Assembly (NCBI RefSeq): GCF_003918875.1
Contig: NW_025767355.1
Span: 62,001-126,000, forward strand
DNA from: Haliotis rubra
Lineage: Eukaryota
Reading direction: 5' to 3'
Length of the DNA: 64,000 nt
How positions within the stretch are numbered: the first letter of the stretch is position 1; each line of letters opens with the position of its first letter. Below, piece after piece: positions 42,601 through 55,490 of the stretch. The notes below the pieces were generated by a model. The model made no database searches, had not been told where the DNA came from, and saw only the letters and a program-made list of their open reading frames with translations. Made by a program: the position numbers and the translations under genes.

Positions 42601-45600
42601 GCATTAAGGTTAAGTGTAGGGCCATATGTTTACAGTAAGTGCTACAGAACACTTTGAATAAGTGTAGGGCAATATGTTGACAGTGAGTGACAGAGCATTC
42701 AGGTTAAGTGTAGGGCAATATGTTGACAGTGAGTGACAGAGCATTCAGGTTAAGTCTAGGGCAATATGTTGACAGTGACTGACACAGAGCATTCATGTTA
42801 AGTAAAAAGGGCAGTATATGTTGACAGTGAGTGACACAGAGCATTCAGGTTAAGTGTAGGGCAATATGTTGACAGTGAGTGACAGAGCATTCAGGTTAAG
42901 TATAGGGCAATATGTTGACAGTGAGTGACACAGAGCATTCAGGTTAAGTGTAGGGCAGTATGTTGACAGTGAGTGACAGAGCATTCAGGTTAAGTATAGG
43001 GCAATATGTTGACAGTGACTGACACAGAGCATTCAGGTTAAGTGTAGGGCAGTATGTTGACAGTGAGTGACAGAGCATTCAGGTTAAGTATAGGGCAATA
43101 TGTTGACAGTGAGTGACACAGAGCATTCAGGTTAAGTGTAGGGCAGTATGTTGACAGTGAGTGACAGAGCATTCAGGTTAAGTATAGGGCAATATGTTGA
43201 CAGTGACTGAAACAGGGCATTTTTTTTTATGATCAACATGTTTAAGGCAATGCTAACTAAACTATATTTGCCTCTCTCTGTCACATGTGAACCATAAACT
43301 GAAACTGGTCTCATTTAAATTCTTCTTCATGTGTGATAGTGTTGGCTGTTTTCAGGAACAATGAACACAGGGAGCCCACGGGTACAGAGGGTGGGGAACC
43401 TGTACTCCCTGGGGGGAGACGGACAGCTGCAGTGCCATGTGGAGGGGGTCACTGTGTCCAACGGTCTGGCCTGGTCAGCTGATAACAAGACAATGTTCTA
43501 TATAGACACACCCACCCGCCAAGTGTGGGCGTATGACTTTGACCTTGAGAAAGGCACCATGGGTAAGTGATGACAAGAAATCAATGACAGTTGTTCAATC
43601 AGCTCAGGGAATCATTTCTATGGCAGATGTATTTTGTCAAATAGATCAAGATGAGTTTTTTAGTTTGCAAGTAAGAGATTGTTGCTGCTTCCCATGTACA
43701 AATAGTGATATGAGTAGAACCAAAACCTTGCCTCCTTCCAGTGGAAATGAAACTAAGAAACTTATTGCCAGGGTTGTGGTTGTCATTTCTGCTGTAGGGT
43801 CCAGAGGCAGGGTTTACATGACGTGCGATTCCTGCGTATTTGACGCAACAATTTTGTTGACGACTGTCAAAATACTATAGTACGAGTCAAGCTTGATGCA
43901 AGTTTTATAGGTGGCCCTCACAATTCAGTTCAATAAAATCGATTTGATAAGCAAAAAACGATATTGTTTGATGATAGTTTGACTTTTACAGAGCTGTCAG
44001 ATTGTTCCACAGAACTCAGAGGAGACAGTCATCCTGGCTGTTTGAACTGAACAATGCTGTAGTTTCATTTGGTGGTGTGACATACACAGTTACATACTGA
44101 GGATGATAAACACAAAGAAATATTAAATTTTCATGACTCCCAAATTTTGAAATGACTCCCAAAAATAAAATTGTGAGTGACCATGACTCCCATTTTTAAA
44201 ACCCTGTCCAGAGGTACTATGTACCATGACCCTATTCCCCATCCTCTCTCTCAATGCATGGATTAGCATTTACGGAATGGAACCATTCAGCTATTTAATC
44301 TGAGGAAGTTTCCCCAAACAAGCAGTTACAATGACTTTGCCAAGTCATGATTGAATAACTCCTGTCTTCCTGCAGCTAATCAGAGGGTAGTGGTGGACTT
44401 CAGCCAGACTCCCGAATTTGAGGGAACGTTGGTGCGGCCTGACGGGATGACTATTGACACAGATGACAACCTGTGGGTGGCCTGCCTGAATGTGGGGTCG
44501 GTGGCACAGTTTGATTCCAGAACAGGTACCAGTATACTGCTGAATGTTGATGTGTTGATGTAGCTGTAGATACATGGTGTAAACATCTCTATGTCAGTGT
44601 CAAGGTACCAGTACATTATGTGGAAGCTGAATGTTGACGTGTTGATATAGCTGTAGATACATGGTGTAAACATCTCTATGTCAGTGTCAAGGTACCAGTA
44701 CATTATGTGGAAGCTGAATGTTGNCAAGGTACCAACGTGTTGATATAGCTGTAGATACATGGTGTAAACATCTCTATGTCAGTGTCAAGGTACCAGTAGC
44801 ATTATGTGTTGATATAGCTGGAAGCTGAATGTTGACGTGTTGATATAGCTGTAGATACATGGTGTAAACATCTCTATGTCTGTAGAGTGTCATCTCTATG
44901 TCAGTGTCAAAGTACCAGTACATTATGTGGAAGCTGAATGTTGACGTGTTGATATAGCTGTAGATACATGGTGTAAACATCTCTATGTCAGTGTCAAGGT
45001 ACCAGTACATTATGTGGAAGCTGAATGTTGACGTGTTGATATAGCTGTAGATACATGGTGTAAACATCTCTATGTCAGTGTCAAGGTACCAGTACATTAT
45101 GTGGAAGCTGAATGTTGACGTGTTGATATAGCTGTAGATACATGGTGTAAACATCTCTATGTCAGTGTCAAGGTACCAGTACATTATGTGGAAGCTGAAT
45201 GTTGACGTGTTGATATAGCTGTAGATACATGGTGTAAACATCTCTATGTCAGTGTCAAGGTACCAGTACATTATGTGGAAGCTGAATGTTGATACATGGT
45301 GTAAAACATCTCTATGTCGTTGATATAGCTGTAGATACATGGTGTAAAACATCTCTATGTCAGTGTCAAGGTACCAGTACATTATGTGGAAGCTGAATGT
45401 TGACGCGTTGATATAGCTGTAGATACATGGTGTAAACATCTCTATGTCAGTGTCAAGGTACCAGTACATTATGTGGAAGCTGAATGTTGACGTGTTGATA
45501 TAGCTGTAGATACATGGTGTAAACATCTCTATGTCAGTGTCAAGGTACCAGTACATTATGCCTAAGCTCTGATCACCTATTAACCTGGGATGGAGGCCTG

Positions 45601-46460
45601 GGTCTTTCATAGGAGACAGGAACTGTTTGAGGCAGTGCTTCAAGACAAGATCATTACATGTCTGGTCCCTTGAAAATGTTGACCCTTGGCATCTTTGGAT
45701 ATCCTCTAGGCACAGAACGTGCTGAATGCGTTTCTGTGTCAGTTTCCAATGATATTGACTCCCTTAGCTTTGCCAGGTATTTTAACCTGTGGGTCAAATT
45801 CTGAGGTTTTTGCAGACTGTATAATAATGGAAGTTAAGAACTGAATGATCTGTAGAACATTATACTTTATCCAATTGGAACAATGAGATTGTGCATACAA
45901 TGTGTTTTATTCCCTAATAGTATGTTTGCCACTTTTTGGACTGAGCATTTGATAATTTCCTAAAAAAGACTGTATTGTAGACATGGGTGTCTTCAAATAG
46001 ATTGTCTTGTAAATTATGTCTTCACTGTCTGGGTCATTATCAGCAGAAAGTTTGTTTAGCTTAGGTATGATTGAAACAGATGCCTGTATCTCACAAAAAT
46101 GTCCCAATTGTGAATGGTGTGCCCTTACTGAGCAGGATTATATACACAACAATGTGTAACTATAGAGATATAGAACCCACGCTTTAAGACAGCTGAAACA
46201 GGTGGTGTTGCCAGTGTCACTGATTCACATCACCTCTCTGTCTCCCAGGGCAAATGCTGCGGAGGGTGGAGCTGCCGAATGCATCTATGATCACTTCGGT
46301 GTGTTGGGGCGGACCAGACCTGAATCAGCTATACGTCACCAGCCTGGTAGCCAACTTCACTGAACAGCAGCTGAACACCACCGAGTCACTGGCAGGATCG
46401 GTGTTCAGAGTTACGGGACTTGGCACTAAGGGGAAAGTAGCACCCGTGTTCCAGGGCTGA
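39656..46460 (+). CDS. RGN: Regucalcin/SMP-30/gluconolactonase paralog 4, 303 aa; join(39656..39818,40659..40838,43356..43562,44376..44525,46249..46460)
   Basis: 163+180+207+150+212 = 912 nt, in frame, with GT-AG phase-1 introns. Motifs GEGPHW, NRLNDAKCDASGRLWAGTM, SNGLAWS, PDGMTID and GGPDLNQLYVTS. Confidence 0.94.
40131..40263 (-). mobile_element. SINE family B, cut by assembly gap
   Basis: Tail and B box (ggaatcgaacc on + strand) run into the N gap at 40264. Confidence 0.85.
40925..43215. repeat. 48/46-bp satellite in intron 2 of paralog 4, interrupted by about 310 bp of unrelated repeat (41111-41425)
   Basis: Unit gtatgttgacagtgactgacacagagcattcagctgaagtgtagggca, with caggttaag and cagctgaag variant blocks. 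Confidence 0.95.
44526..45560 (+). repeat. 87-bp minisatellite beginning exactly at the exon-4 donor of paralog 4
   Basis: Unit gtaccagtacattatgtggaagctgaatgttgacgtgttgatatagctgtagatacatggtgtaaacatctctatgtcagtgtcaag, about 11-12 copies. Each junction recreates AG|GTACCAGT. Confidence 0.93.
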
Positions 46461-47067
46461 CAACACAGAGCATGAGACGTGTACACAGAGCATGAGATGC
46501 ACAATGTTATGTTTGGACAGTATTGGTCACATTGTATAATAACTGGAAATGTTTGGAAATGTACAGAAAATCAAAAAGAGAAATTTCAGAGAGGAAATGT
46601 ACTGACAAACCAAATATTGTTTTGTTAATTTTTCACTTTATTTTAATGAAAATGATACCTTTCTGTATCTAAACAATTACAACACCGATTGAGCAGGGTG
46701 GTCGAGATGCCTGTCACTCACTGATACAGTAAGATACTCAACTAAACCATGACCATTTACAATGTAGTCTTTGAATTGTGAGATAAACTATTTTATTGTT
46801 CGTTAAAAGCTGTGTTGTCTTCATTCACATGGAATTATTAGAGTTTAAACAATTGATCACATTTTGGAAATGGAAATCTGAAAGAAGGATTACCAAACTG
46901 TTGTTTGCCGTAGCGTGTATGTACTACAAAACATGGGTTAAGTATGTTAACTACTGACAGAAAACATTTCAGCTTGAATCAACCAGTACTATGTCTATAA
47001 TTTACTGACTAGTACTAAATCGGTAGTTTACAGGCGAGATGTTTCTATTCTTTGTGTTTCTCTGTAG

Positions 47068-48219
47068 GTGTTGTATTTCTACCCAGTGGATGTTGTATTT
47101 CTACCCACTTGGTGTTGTATTTCTACCCAGAGGATGTTGTATTTCTACCCAGTGGATGTTGTATTTCTACCCACTTGGTGTTGTATTTCTACCCAGTGGA
47201 TGTTGTATTTCTACCCAGTGGGTGTTGTATTTCTACCCAGTGGATGTATTTCTACCCACTTGGTGTTGTATTTCTACCCAGTGGATGTTGTATTTCTACC
47301 CAGTGGATCCAGTTGTATTTCTACCCAGTGGATGTTGTATTTCTACCCAATGGTGTTGTATTTCTACCCAGAGGATGTTGTATTTCTACCCAATGGGTGT
47401 TGTATTTCTACCCAGTGGATGTTGTATTTCTACCCAGTGGGTGTTGTATTTCTACCCAGTGGGTGTTGTATTTCTACCCAGTGGATGTTGTGTTTTCTAC
47501 CCAATGGGTGTTGTATTTCTACCCAGTGGATGATGCATTTCTTCCCAATGGATGTTGTATTTCTACCCAGTGGGTGTTGTATTTCTACCCAGTGGATGTT
47601 GTATTTCTACCCACTTGGTGTTGTATTTCTACCCAGTGGATGTTGTATTTCTACCCAATGGGTGTTGTATTTCTACCCAGTGGGTGTTGTATTTCTACCC
47701 AGTGGATGTTGTATTTCTACCCACTGGGTGTTGTATTTCTACCAGTGGGTGTTGTATTTCTACCCAGTGGATGTTTTTTTACCCAGTGGATGTTGTATTT
47801 CTACCCAGTGGGTGTTGTATTTCTACCCAGTGGGTGTTGTATTTCTACCCAGTGGGTGTTGTTTTGTACCCACAGAGGTGTTGTATTTCTACCCAATGGG
47901 TGTTGTATTTCTACCCACTGGGTGTTGTATTTGTATTTCTACCCAGTGGGTGTTGTATTTCTACCCAGTGGATGTTGTTTTTTTACCCAGTGGATGTTGT
48001 TTTTTTACCCAGTGGGTGTTGTATTTCTACCCAGTGGATGTTGTATTTCTACCCACTTGGTGTTGTATTTCTATCCAGTGGATGTTGTATTTCTATGCAT
48101 GTTGTATTTCTACCCAGTGGATGTTGTATTTCTACCCAGTCGGTATTTCTATTTCTTCTCTCCCCAGTGGATGTTGTATTTCTACCCACTTGGTGTTGTA
48201 TTTCTATTCAGTGGATGTT
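47068..48219. repeat. 22-bp minisatellite (tgttgtatttctacccagtgga)n; resumes at 55491-55545
   Basis: About 52 units. Two to three more units lie on the far side of the Ngaro/L1 block. Confidence 0.95.
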
Positions 48220-48258
48220 AAAATATCTCTTTCTTTCTTTCTTTTTATTTTTTATTTT

Positions 48259-51200
48259 TAATTCCAATCTCATTCCGTGAAAAACTGTGAAATAATAACT
48301 AGACCGAAGTGATGGGAATATTTAATGCAACAAGTGTAATTACACGTTCTTATTCCCTGCCAACATGCGGTGGCTCAGAGAAAATAGGAAAAACTCCCCA
48401 CATTATGGGTGAATAAATGCGTAGTGATTTAGTACAAATGCAGGTAGTCATCCTGCGGTGACATACAAACAATACATTGTAACCCTTGTAGGGTGCAAAG
48501 GGCATAAGTAACAATGCAATTCTGTGCTGAAATGTAAGCATAGATTAATGAATCCATATCAAGAACACCGAAACCAATAATACTACTGGGAGGGTTGGTG
48601 GGATCAAGCATGCCGCCATTTCAACCGCTAGGACGACAAGAATTAGGTCAAGGGAGATAACTCTAATTAACATGAAGAGCGGTAACTTAAGGCCGTTGGC
48701 TTGCCGCTAAAAAAAGGAACTAACATCATTTAAAACTATTTTAATAATAAAATATTACTTTAATTCCAGTCTCATTCCGTGAAAAACTGTGAAATAATAA
48801 CTAGACCGAAGTGATGGGAATATTTAATGCAACAAGTGTAATTACACGTTCTTATTCCCTGCCAACATGCGGTGGCTCAGAGAAGTAAGAAAAAACTCCC
48901 AGCCCAGAAGAGATTGGACTAAACTAATAAACATGAAGTGAAGTAGATACAAAGACATCAAAAAAACCTTCTCAATAAGTATCTATCAACTGGGGAGAGA
49001 TGTTCCAAACTTTTGTAAAGCTTCTAATTTTGTTACTGATTGAATGTTAATGTATCTCAAGTAAGCTGGGCTTTTCCAAAAGCCTATGTCTTGAATTATC
49101 TCTCCCGGCATCTCCTGCTTGAATGCCCAGCTTGCTCCACCCCTTCGAAATGAATGTCCAGTGATTCGCATCGAAGGGTCGGTCTCGTGCAGTATGTGAT
49201 TAACAGTCTCTAAAAACACACTCTCTTTCAATGCCTCACGTTGATTGTTACACAACAAAGGTCCCGCTCCATCATCAAGACCATGTAGCTGTAGGAGGTT
49301 GACCATAGCTGACACCGGGTCTAATGGATGGGATTCAATCGCCGGCAGTATTACCTGCAGACGCTTCTCACGAAATTGTAATGTCTTAGACCAGCGTAGA
49401 GTCACGCACATACCCCCCTCTATTGTTGATACATCACACAGTCTTATGTCTCTATCCACACTAAACACAGTTCTGCATAAGAAATTGCCCGGTCGGAGCA
49501 TACCGTAAAATCCCAGCAGGCAACCCATGAATATTGATGCCCCAAGCAGAGTGTCCAGTTTCAATCTTGAACGGACTGAGAGCAGCATCTCTGGTGTCAC
49601 GGGTACAGCCCCTGCTTGTGAATCTCCTAGTTCACGTCTGGCGCCTCGCAAGGCTTGTCTAATTTGCCAACTATCTTTGACGGGGTCATTGTAGCCATGC
49701 CAGAGATGAACATTTGTGACTATACACAAATATTGGCGAACACTTGCATATTTGAAACATTTCACATCAACAAGATACACAATATACTGCAACAAATGAG
49801 CTTCCAACACGGGAACTGGTTCTATCTGTAGTAATCTACAGAAGTCTAGAAAACACTTGAGTTGACTGCAGTACGTTTTTGACGTTGTCTGTGCCCATCC
49901 GTTCATAAGTAGTCTATTAGCCGACGCCTTCAGCATGGTCTGCAGACTTTCCCCACCTAGAAGTGAGGAATTTACTTGACATGTGACACAACCATAAGTC
50001 CCTGGAAAACTACATCATCTGCATACTTGGTATTAATTTAAATAATTCAGATAGTTTACCGTTTGTAGTCAAACGGGAAATACAGTCAGCTAGCACATTT
50101 TGTGAGCCTGGTAGGTACTGAGCTTGAAGAGAAAAATTATATGTAGCTTGCAACCACACAAGATATCTCAAGTAACTCATCATAAATGGAGATCTAGATG
50201 TTTTCTTATTAATGATAGACTTGGCTGTGATATTGTCTGTTTTCACCACAATCTTCTTATTCTGCCATGCTGATGACCACCTTTGAGCAGACAAAATAAT
50301 TATCATGGCCTCTTTTACATTAATATGTTCTGATTCCATAACAGGCATGTCAAGTCTCCAATTTACATAGAAGAAATCTCCATTATAATATGCACCACCT
50401 CCGGTCATGCATGCATCTGTTTGTAAAGTATTGATAGGAACTTCTGTTTTCCATTGAAAGTTTTGAAGAACTGTGACCACCACCAAATGTCTGCCATAAA
50501 ATCACTGTCTAAGTTAACTATGTCATTGGAGTCTCGAAGTAGATTCTTTAGATTCAGAATTCTACGAAGAAATGTTCGTCCACCTTGAACAACCATTGCT
50601 GCCCGACTCATTTTCCCTACCAATTTCTCCAGCTGTTTCTTGCTGGCCCGCTTGCGCTCTTTGTAACTCTGCAACACTTCGGTTAAATCACACACCTTCT
50701 CGTCTGGTAATCTCAAGGAAAGTGAGTCTCTTGGTTGGCCCTTCTACCTTATTCCAATTGATATTGAAACCTAACCGACGTAATAGTTGCACAAGTAATG
50801 TCAGTGCTTGTACACAAGTATTCATATCATCACACACTATCAGAAAATCATCCAAGTAAGCGATGACATCCAATCCATACCGGTTTTTCATTATTCTACA
50901 CACAGCTGTTGTTAATGACTGAAAGATCTTGGGACTTTTAGAGGCTCCAAAGGGTAATTTTGCATCATAGAAATAAGTAAGTTCTGTGTCCCCCTCAACC
51001 CGCCAGGCCAAACCAGTGTATTGATAATTAGAAGGATGAATTCTAACTGACCTGTAAGCACTTTTCAAGTCAAGTTTTGCAATATAACTCCCTTCCGTGA
51101 TTTATTTGGTTGCGTGTCGAAGGTCCATATAATCACAGTCTCATGAAGCCATGAAGCTGTTCATTCCTTTACCAGCCGGCAAACTGCCGTCATGAATTAA

Positions 51201-51915
51201 TCTCACTTTTCCATTGGATTTTGGGATTGCACCAATGGCACTTACAATTTTTGGTTTAGATGATACTTTAACATAATTCCCTAAACTCTTTTCTTCTAAA
51301 ATTTGTTGTTCAACCAACAACTTGCTTTCCATTGTTGATCTATGATTCTTAGAAATACAATGTTCAGTCTCACCACTCACATCATCATCATCATCAATAA
51401 GTTTTAAACCATTTGCAACCCCATCAAGTATATAGTCTCTATCTGGATCTGTGAGTGGTAGCAGCTCCTCCCAAGCAGCAACATTTAATGAGTTGAATTC
51501 CCTTGTGACATCGACTGGCCGGTTTTTTGGATAAAAACGGTCTTCTCTAGGTGATCCACGAAAGGATCCCTGGTCAGCAGTAAGGTCATGGTCTAACTTG
51601 CTGTGCCTTCCAAAACAAACATTACAGACATACCTCAGTTTGCACAGTTCATCTCGACAAAATGTGACATTGTACCGCCTACATATTTCTTGACCATCAG
51701 GTGTGAAAGGTCCGCGTGGTCTATACGGACGTCTGTTGTTGTGTGATTGCTCATTCTGCGTCAACAGTTCTTCAGTTGTACCATCGGATATTTGGACCAA
51801 TTGATGGTCCCGGATGTCTTGTGATGGCGTTCCCCAACGAAACCCTTCCTTGGCTTGGAGCATACGATATTCCTTATCGTATAGCACAACACTTTGCCAA
51901 ATATACTTGGATGAG
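48259..51915 (-). mobile_element. Ngaro-type (DIRS order) tyrosine-recombinase retrotransposon, 5'-truncated and frameshifted
   Basis: Minus-strand order: gag remnant with Cys/His knuckle (YDKEYR..FRW, CRRYN..C..C..C.GRH), RT (DLKSAY, LPFGASKSP, AYLDDFL), RNase H (TDAC, HINVKE, TDN, NVLADCISR), then YR. No methyltransferase. Split direct repeats B1 48761-48900, A2 48399-48760, B2 48259-48398. Confidence 0.88.
48986..49936 (-). CDS. Tyrosine recombinase of the Ngaro element (open, 316 aa)
   Basis: GMLRPGN, SKT, GHSFRRGGAS and GFWKSPAYLRY give the R-K-HxxR-W-Y catalytic signature. Confidence 0.85.
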   Translation of the reverse strand: MLKASANRLLMNGWAQTTSKTYCSQLKCFLDFCRLLQIEPVPVLEAHLLQYIVYLVDVKCFKYASVRQYLCIVTNVHLWHGYNDPVKDSWQIRQALRGARRELGDSQAGAVPVTPEMLLSVRSRLKLDTLLGASIFMGCLLGFYGMLRPGNFLCRTVFSVDRDIRLCDVSTIEGGMCVTLRWSKTLQFREKRLQVILPAIESHPLDPVSAMVNLLQLHGLDDGAGPLLCNNQREALKESVFLETVNHILHETDPSMRITGHSFRRGGASWAFKQEMPGEIIQDIGFWKSPAYLRYINIQSVTKLEALQKFGTSLPS

Positions 51916-51921
51916 TATATA

Positions 51922-54900
51922 TTTTTTTTTATTCAGCCTCGGTAATTCCAGAGCATATTACAAATCTATAATGAAAAGCTTCATAGAAACTTTGATATTG
52001 GTATAGTGAGACTTTTATCCAAATCCAAATTTAAAAACTCAAATATTTACCAATTATAATTGTATTGTAAATCTAACATGAGTGCTTCTAAATATATAAA
52101 CTTTACCTTTGAATATTTATATATTTCTAGAGCATATTTCAAATCTATAATAAAATGCTTCATAGAAACTTTGGTATCAGTATAGTGAGACTTATATATG
52201 AAGTATTTTAAATGCATATTTAAAAAATCAAATATTGGGTCAAAGTGATCTGTTGAACCGTACAAGAGGGATTCTACAGAAACTTGTTGCTGTGAATACT
52301 TAGAAAGAAACTTCACATAATCTTTAATCATTTAAGTAACATTTTTACAATTATAGAAATAATGGGAAACGTCCTCTAAAGTTTTACAGTCGTCACATTC
52401 TGGTGATTCACTTAAGTGAAGTTTAAACAACCATTTCTTACATGGCACAATATTGTGTATAATCTTGAATTGTAATTCTTTTAACTTGTTGGATAACGGA
52501 AGGGTTGTGAAAAGACCATACATTTTGCTAGTATGTGATGAACCATTAAATGTATATAGTAAAGTGACTTTGTTATCCACAATAATTGAATAAAAGTGCT
52601 TAGACTTAATCTTATCATTCATAATATTTCCCTGTAACTTAGGTGGTGTGTTTAAAAAACACTGAATTTTCGGACTATATTTATAAAACATATTGCTCCC
52701 TATTGTCCTTTGAAGAGCTCTTTTGATGTTGTAAAAATATCTACTGTGAATATTCAAATTATATATCTCTTGTAACTCTAGTCTAGTTCTTAACTGTCCA
52801 TTTTCATCAAGCAAATCTCTAACACATACAATGCCAGCTTTTACCCATTCATCATTATACACAGACTTCTTATTTAAAATGACTAATTTATTATTCCACA
52901 TTATTTGATTAAATATATCTTCATCAATGTTAACAGTTTCTCTCCAATCCTTTAACATACATCTATAAAATGATGGTACAGCAATATGCAATTTTCTTAG
53001 GTCATAATTACATTTTAGAATAGAAGATAACCCTCCTACATTTTTCAAACCTTTATCTAAAAACAATTTCCAGCTTCCATCAGAGGAATAATATCTTGGT
53101 ATCCATGCCAAACAGAGTGCTTTACTCATACTGGTAAAATCCAAAGCTGAAGCTCCCCTTAGTTCTTTTACATTCAGCATTGTTGTTCTTTTCACTTTTT
53201 CATTCTTATAATTCCAAATAAATCTAAACAATTCCACATTGATTTCTTTACACAAACTTGCTGGAACCTGCATCATACTGCTTTGGTATATGAGCCTTGA
53301 ACAACCTTCCCCTTTAGAAAGCAATATTCTTTCAAAAATTAATAAATTTCTTGATGACCAAATTTGGAATCGTTTTCGTATTTTCAAAATTTGGGGTTTG
53401 AGATTTTCTGTTGCTAAAGTGTCATTATTTCTAAACAATTGGATGCCTAAACATTTAATGCCACTATAAACAATGTCTAAACCTTTAAAACCACACGATA
53501 TTGGACGGTTCTGTATAGGCATAACATTACTTTTCTTTACATTTATCTTAAGGCCTGTTATTTTTTCAGATCTGTTGTAAAATTCTACAGCTTTTGCTAC
53601 TGATTGTATGTTTTTTAATGTCAAATTGGCATCGTCTGCAAAATAAATGCCTTTCACTTCTTTCTCCCCAATTCTGACCCCTTGAATATCTAAATTTTTC
53701 CTGATTTTCATATTTATGATTTCGGAGCAAATGATAAAAATATAAGGGCTTAAGGGCATCCCTGTCTAACACCTTTGAACAACTGAAACCAGTTGGTTGC
53801 CCTGCCTTTGTTAACAACACAACCTTGAGGCTTTTCATACAAAACTGAAATCCATTTACTGAAAACTGAAATCCATTCTCACCAAAATTGAATTTTTTAA
53901 AACATTTTAACATATAATCCCACTCAATGGAGTCAAATGCCTTTTGGTAATCTAGTGAAACAATAAAACCAACATCTGAGTCTTCATACATTTCCAATAA
54001 ATCTAATAAAAATCTAATGTTCTCTCCTATATATCTACCTTTCACAAATCCTGTCCGGGTAGGATGGATTATATCTGGGAGCACTCTTTTTAATCTATTA
54101 GCTAAAGCTTTGGCAATTATCTTATACTCAACATTCAGCAGAGTAATTGGTCTTTTGTTTTCAATTAGCAAGGGATCTTTGCCTGGTTTATCCAGCAATG
54201 TAATAATTCCTCTCTTCTGTGAAACAGTCATGGTTCCTACTTGAAAAGTATGCTGTAAATTCTTTATAAATGGGACTTTAATATCCTCCCAGAACAACTG
54301 ATAAAATTCTACTTTTGTAATATCTCTGTCAAAAAATTCCTTTTGCCAGTTGGTCAAATTAACATTCACCCCATTAAAGAAATCATCAAAATCAGATTCT
54401 ACTGGCCTTTCACTTTGGGAATACAATTTTTTATAAAAGGATTCTATCTGTTGCAAAATTCTTATTTCATCTGTAACAACTTCATCATTTTCTGTTACGA
54501 TCTTAGAAATGTGCCTTTTATCTTTACTCTGCTTTTCCAAATTGTAAAAATATCTAGTACTTTTTTCTCCTTCCTCAAACCATTTAGCTCTTGATGGTAT
54601 AAAAGCACCTTTAGCCTTTTTAACATAAATATTTTCCAACTCATTCTTAGCTTCCAGATATTGTTGTTCTACTTTATCATTCTCACCATCTGACAACTGA
54701 CAGTCCAATATTGCTAATGTTCTTATCAAGTCTCTTTCATTTCTATTGATTTCATATATTTTCTTTTTAGAATGGTCTCTCGAAATCTGCATGATTTTAT
54801 ACTTGATCCACTCCCAATCCACATGTGCAATTACTGATACTTCCTGACTAAAAGGTTTCAGAAAATCCTTAATTTTATTCCTGTACTCCTCATCTAAAAG

Positions 54901-55490
54901 AGAAGAATGGTTCATTTTCCAAATATTTGGTGCAAAATCTTTATCTATTTCTAGCAAAACAATTTTGTGATCTGATTTTATGCTTGGAATGATGTTTGAG
55001 TTAACACATCTACATCCTACAGATTTGGTAACAATAAAAAAATCAATCCTAGATTGAATAGTATTATTTTTTCTCCATGTGTACTTAGTTTCCTGTTGGT
55101 GATTTCTCTCCAAATATCTGTTAATTCAAGCTTAACCATAAGATTAGCTAAGGTTTGGCTAGTTTTGGTTGTGGATCCCAATCTTGTTGTCACTTGAACC
55201 TGAAGTGACTCGGAGTTGTCTCCCCTTAATCAAGATTGCAACCCCTCTGCTCTCTGAACAACCATGACTAAAATATATTTGATTATTCCTCCCCCACTGC
55301 TGACTCCAAAATGGTTCATCTTCAGGAACACTATGAGTCTCTTGAAGCAAATAAATATCTGCATCTTGCTTTTTTAAAAACAAAAATATTTCTCTTCGTT
55401 TATGTTTATCTCTAAGTCCCCTCACATTCAATGTAATGATCTTGACCATGTTATATACTACAGATAATGTTAACAACAAACCGTTAAAGA
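51922..55490 (-). mobile_element. L1/Tx1-clade LINE, ORF2 only (degenerate), poly(A) end at 51922
   Basis: APE endonuclease (ITLNVRGL, LQETH, SRGVAIL, SRIDF, SDH), RT (RPITLLNVEYKIIAK, DYQKAFDS, PLSP, FADD) and C-terminal CDDC..EDVSHYFYNC. AATAAA merges with the A tail. ATG at 55449; no ORF1. Confidence 0.92.

Noticed and set aside
44774-45643. 289-aa minus-strand repetitive ORF (similar ones at 41379-41987, 56027-56509 and 19486-19983)
   Set aside because: Translations of minisatellites with no independent coding evidence.
47039-48280. Hydrophobic Cys-rich ORFs up to 397 aa
   Set aside because: Translations of the 22-bp satellite in all three frames.
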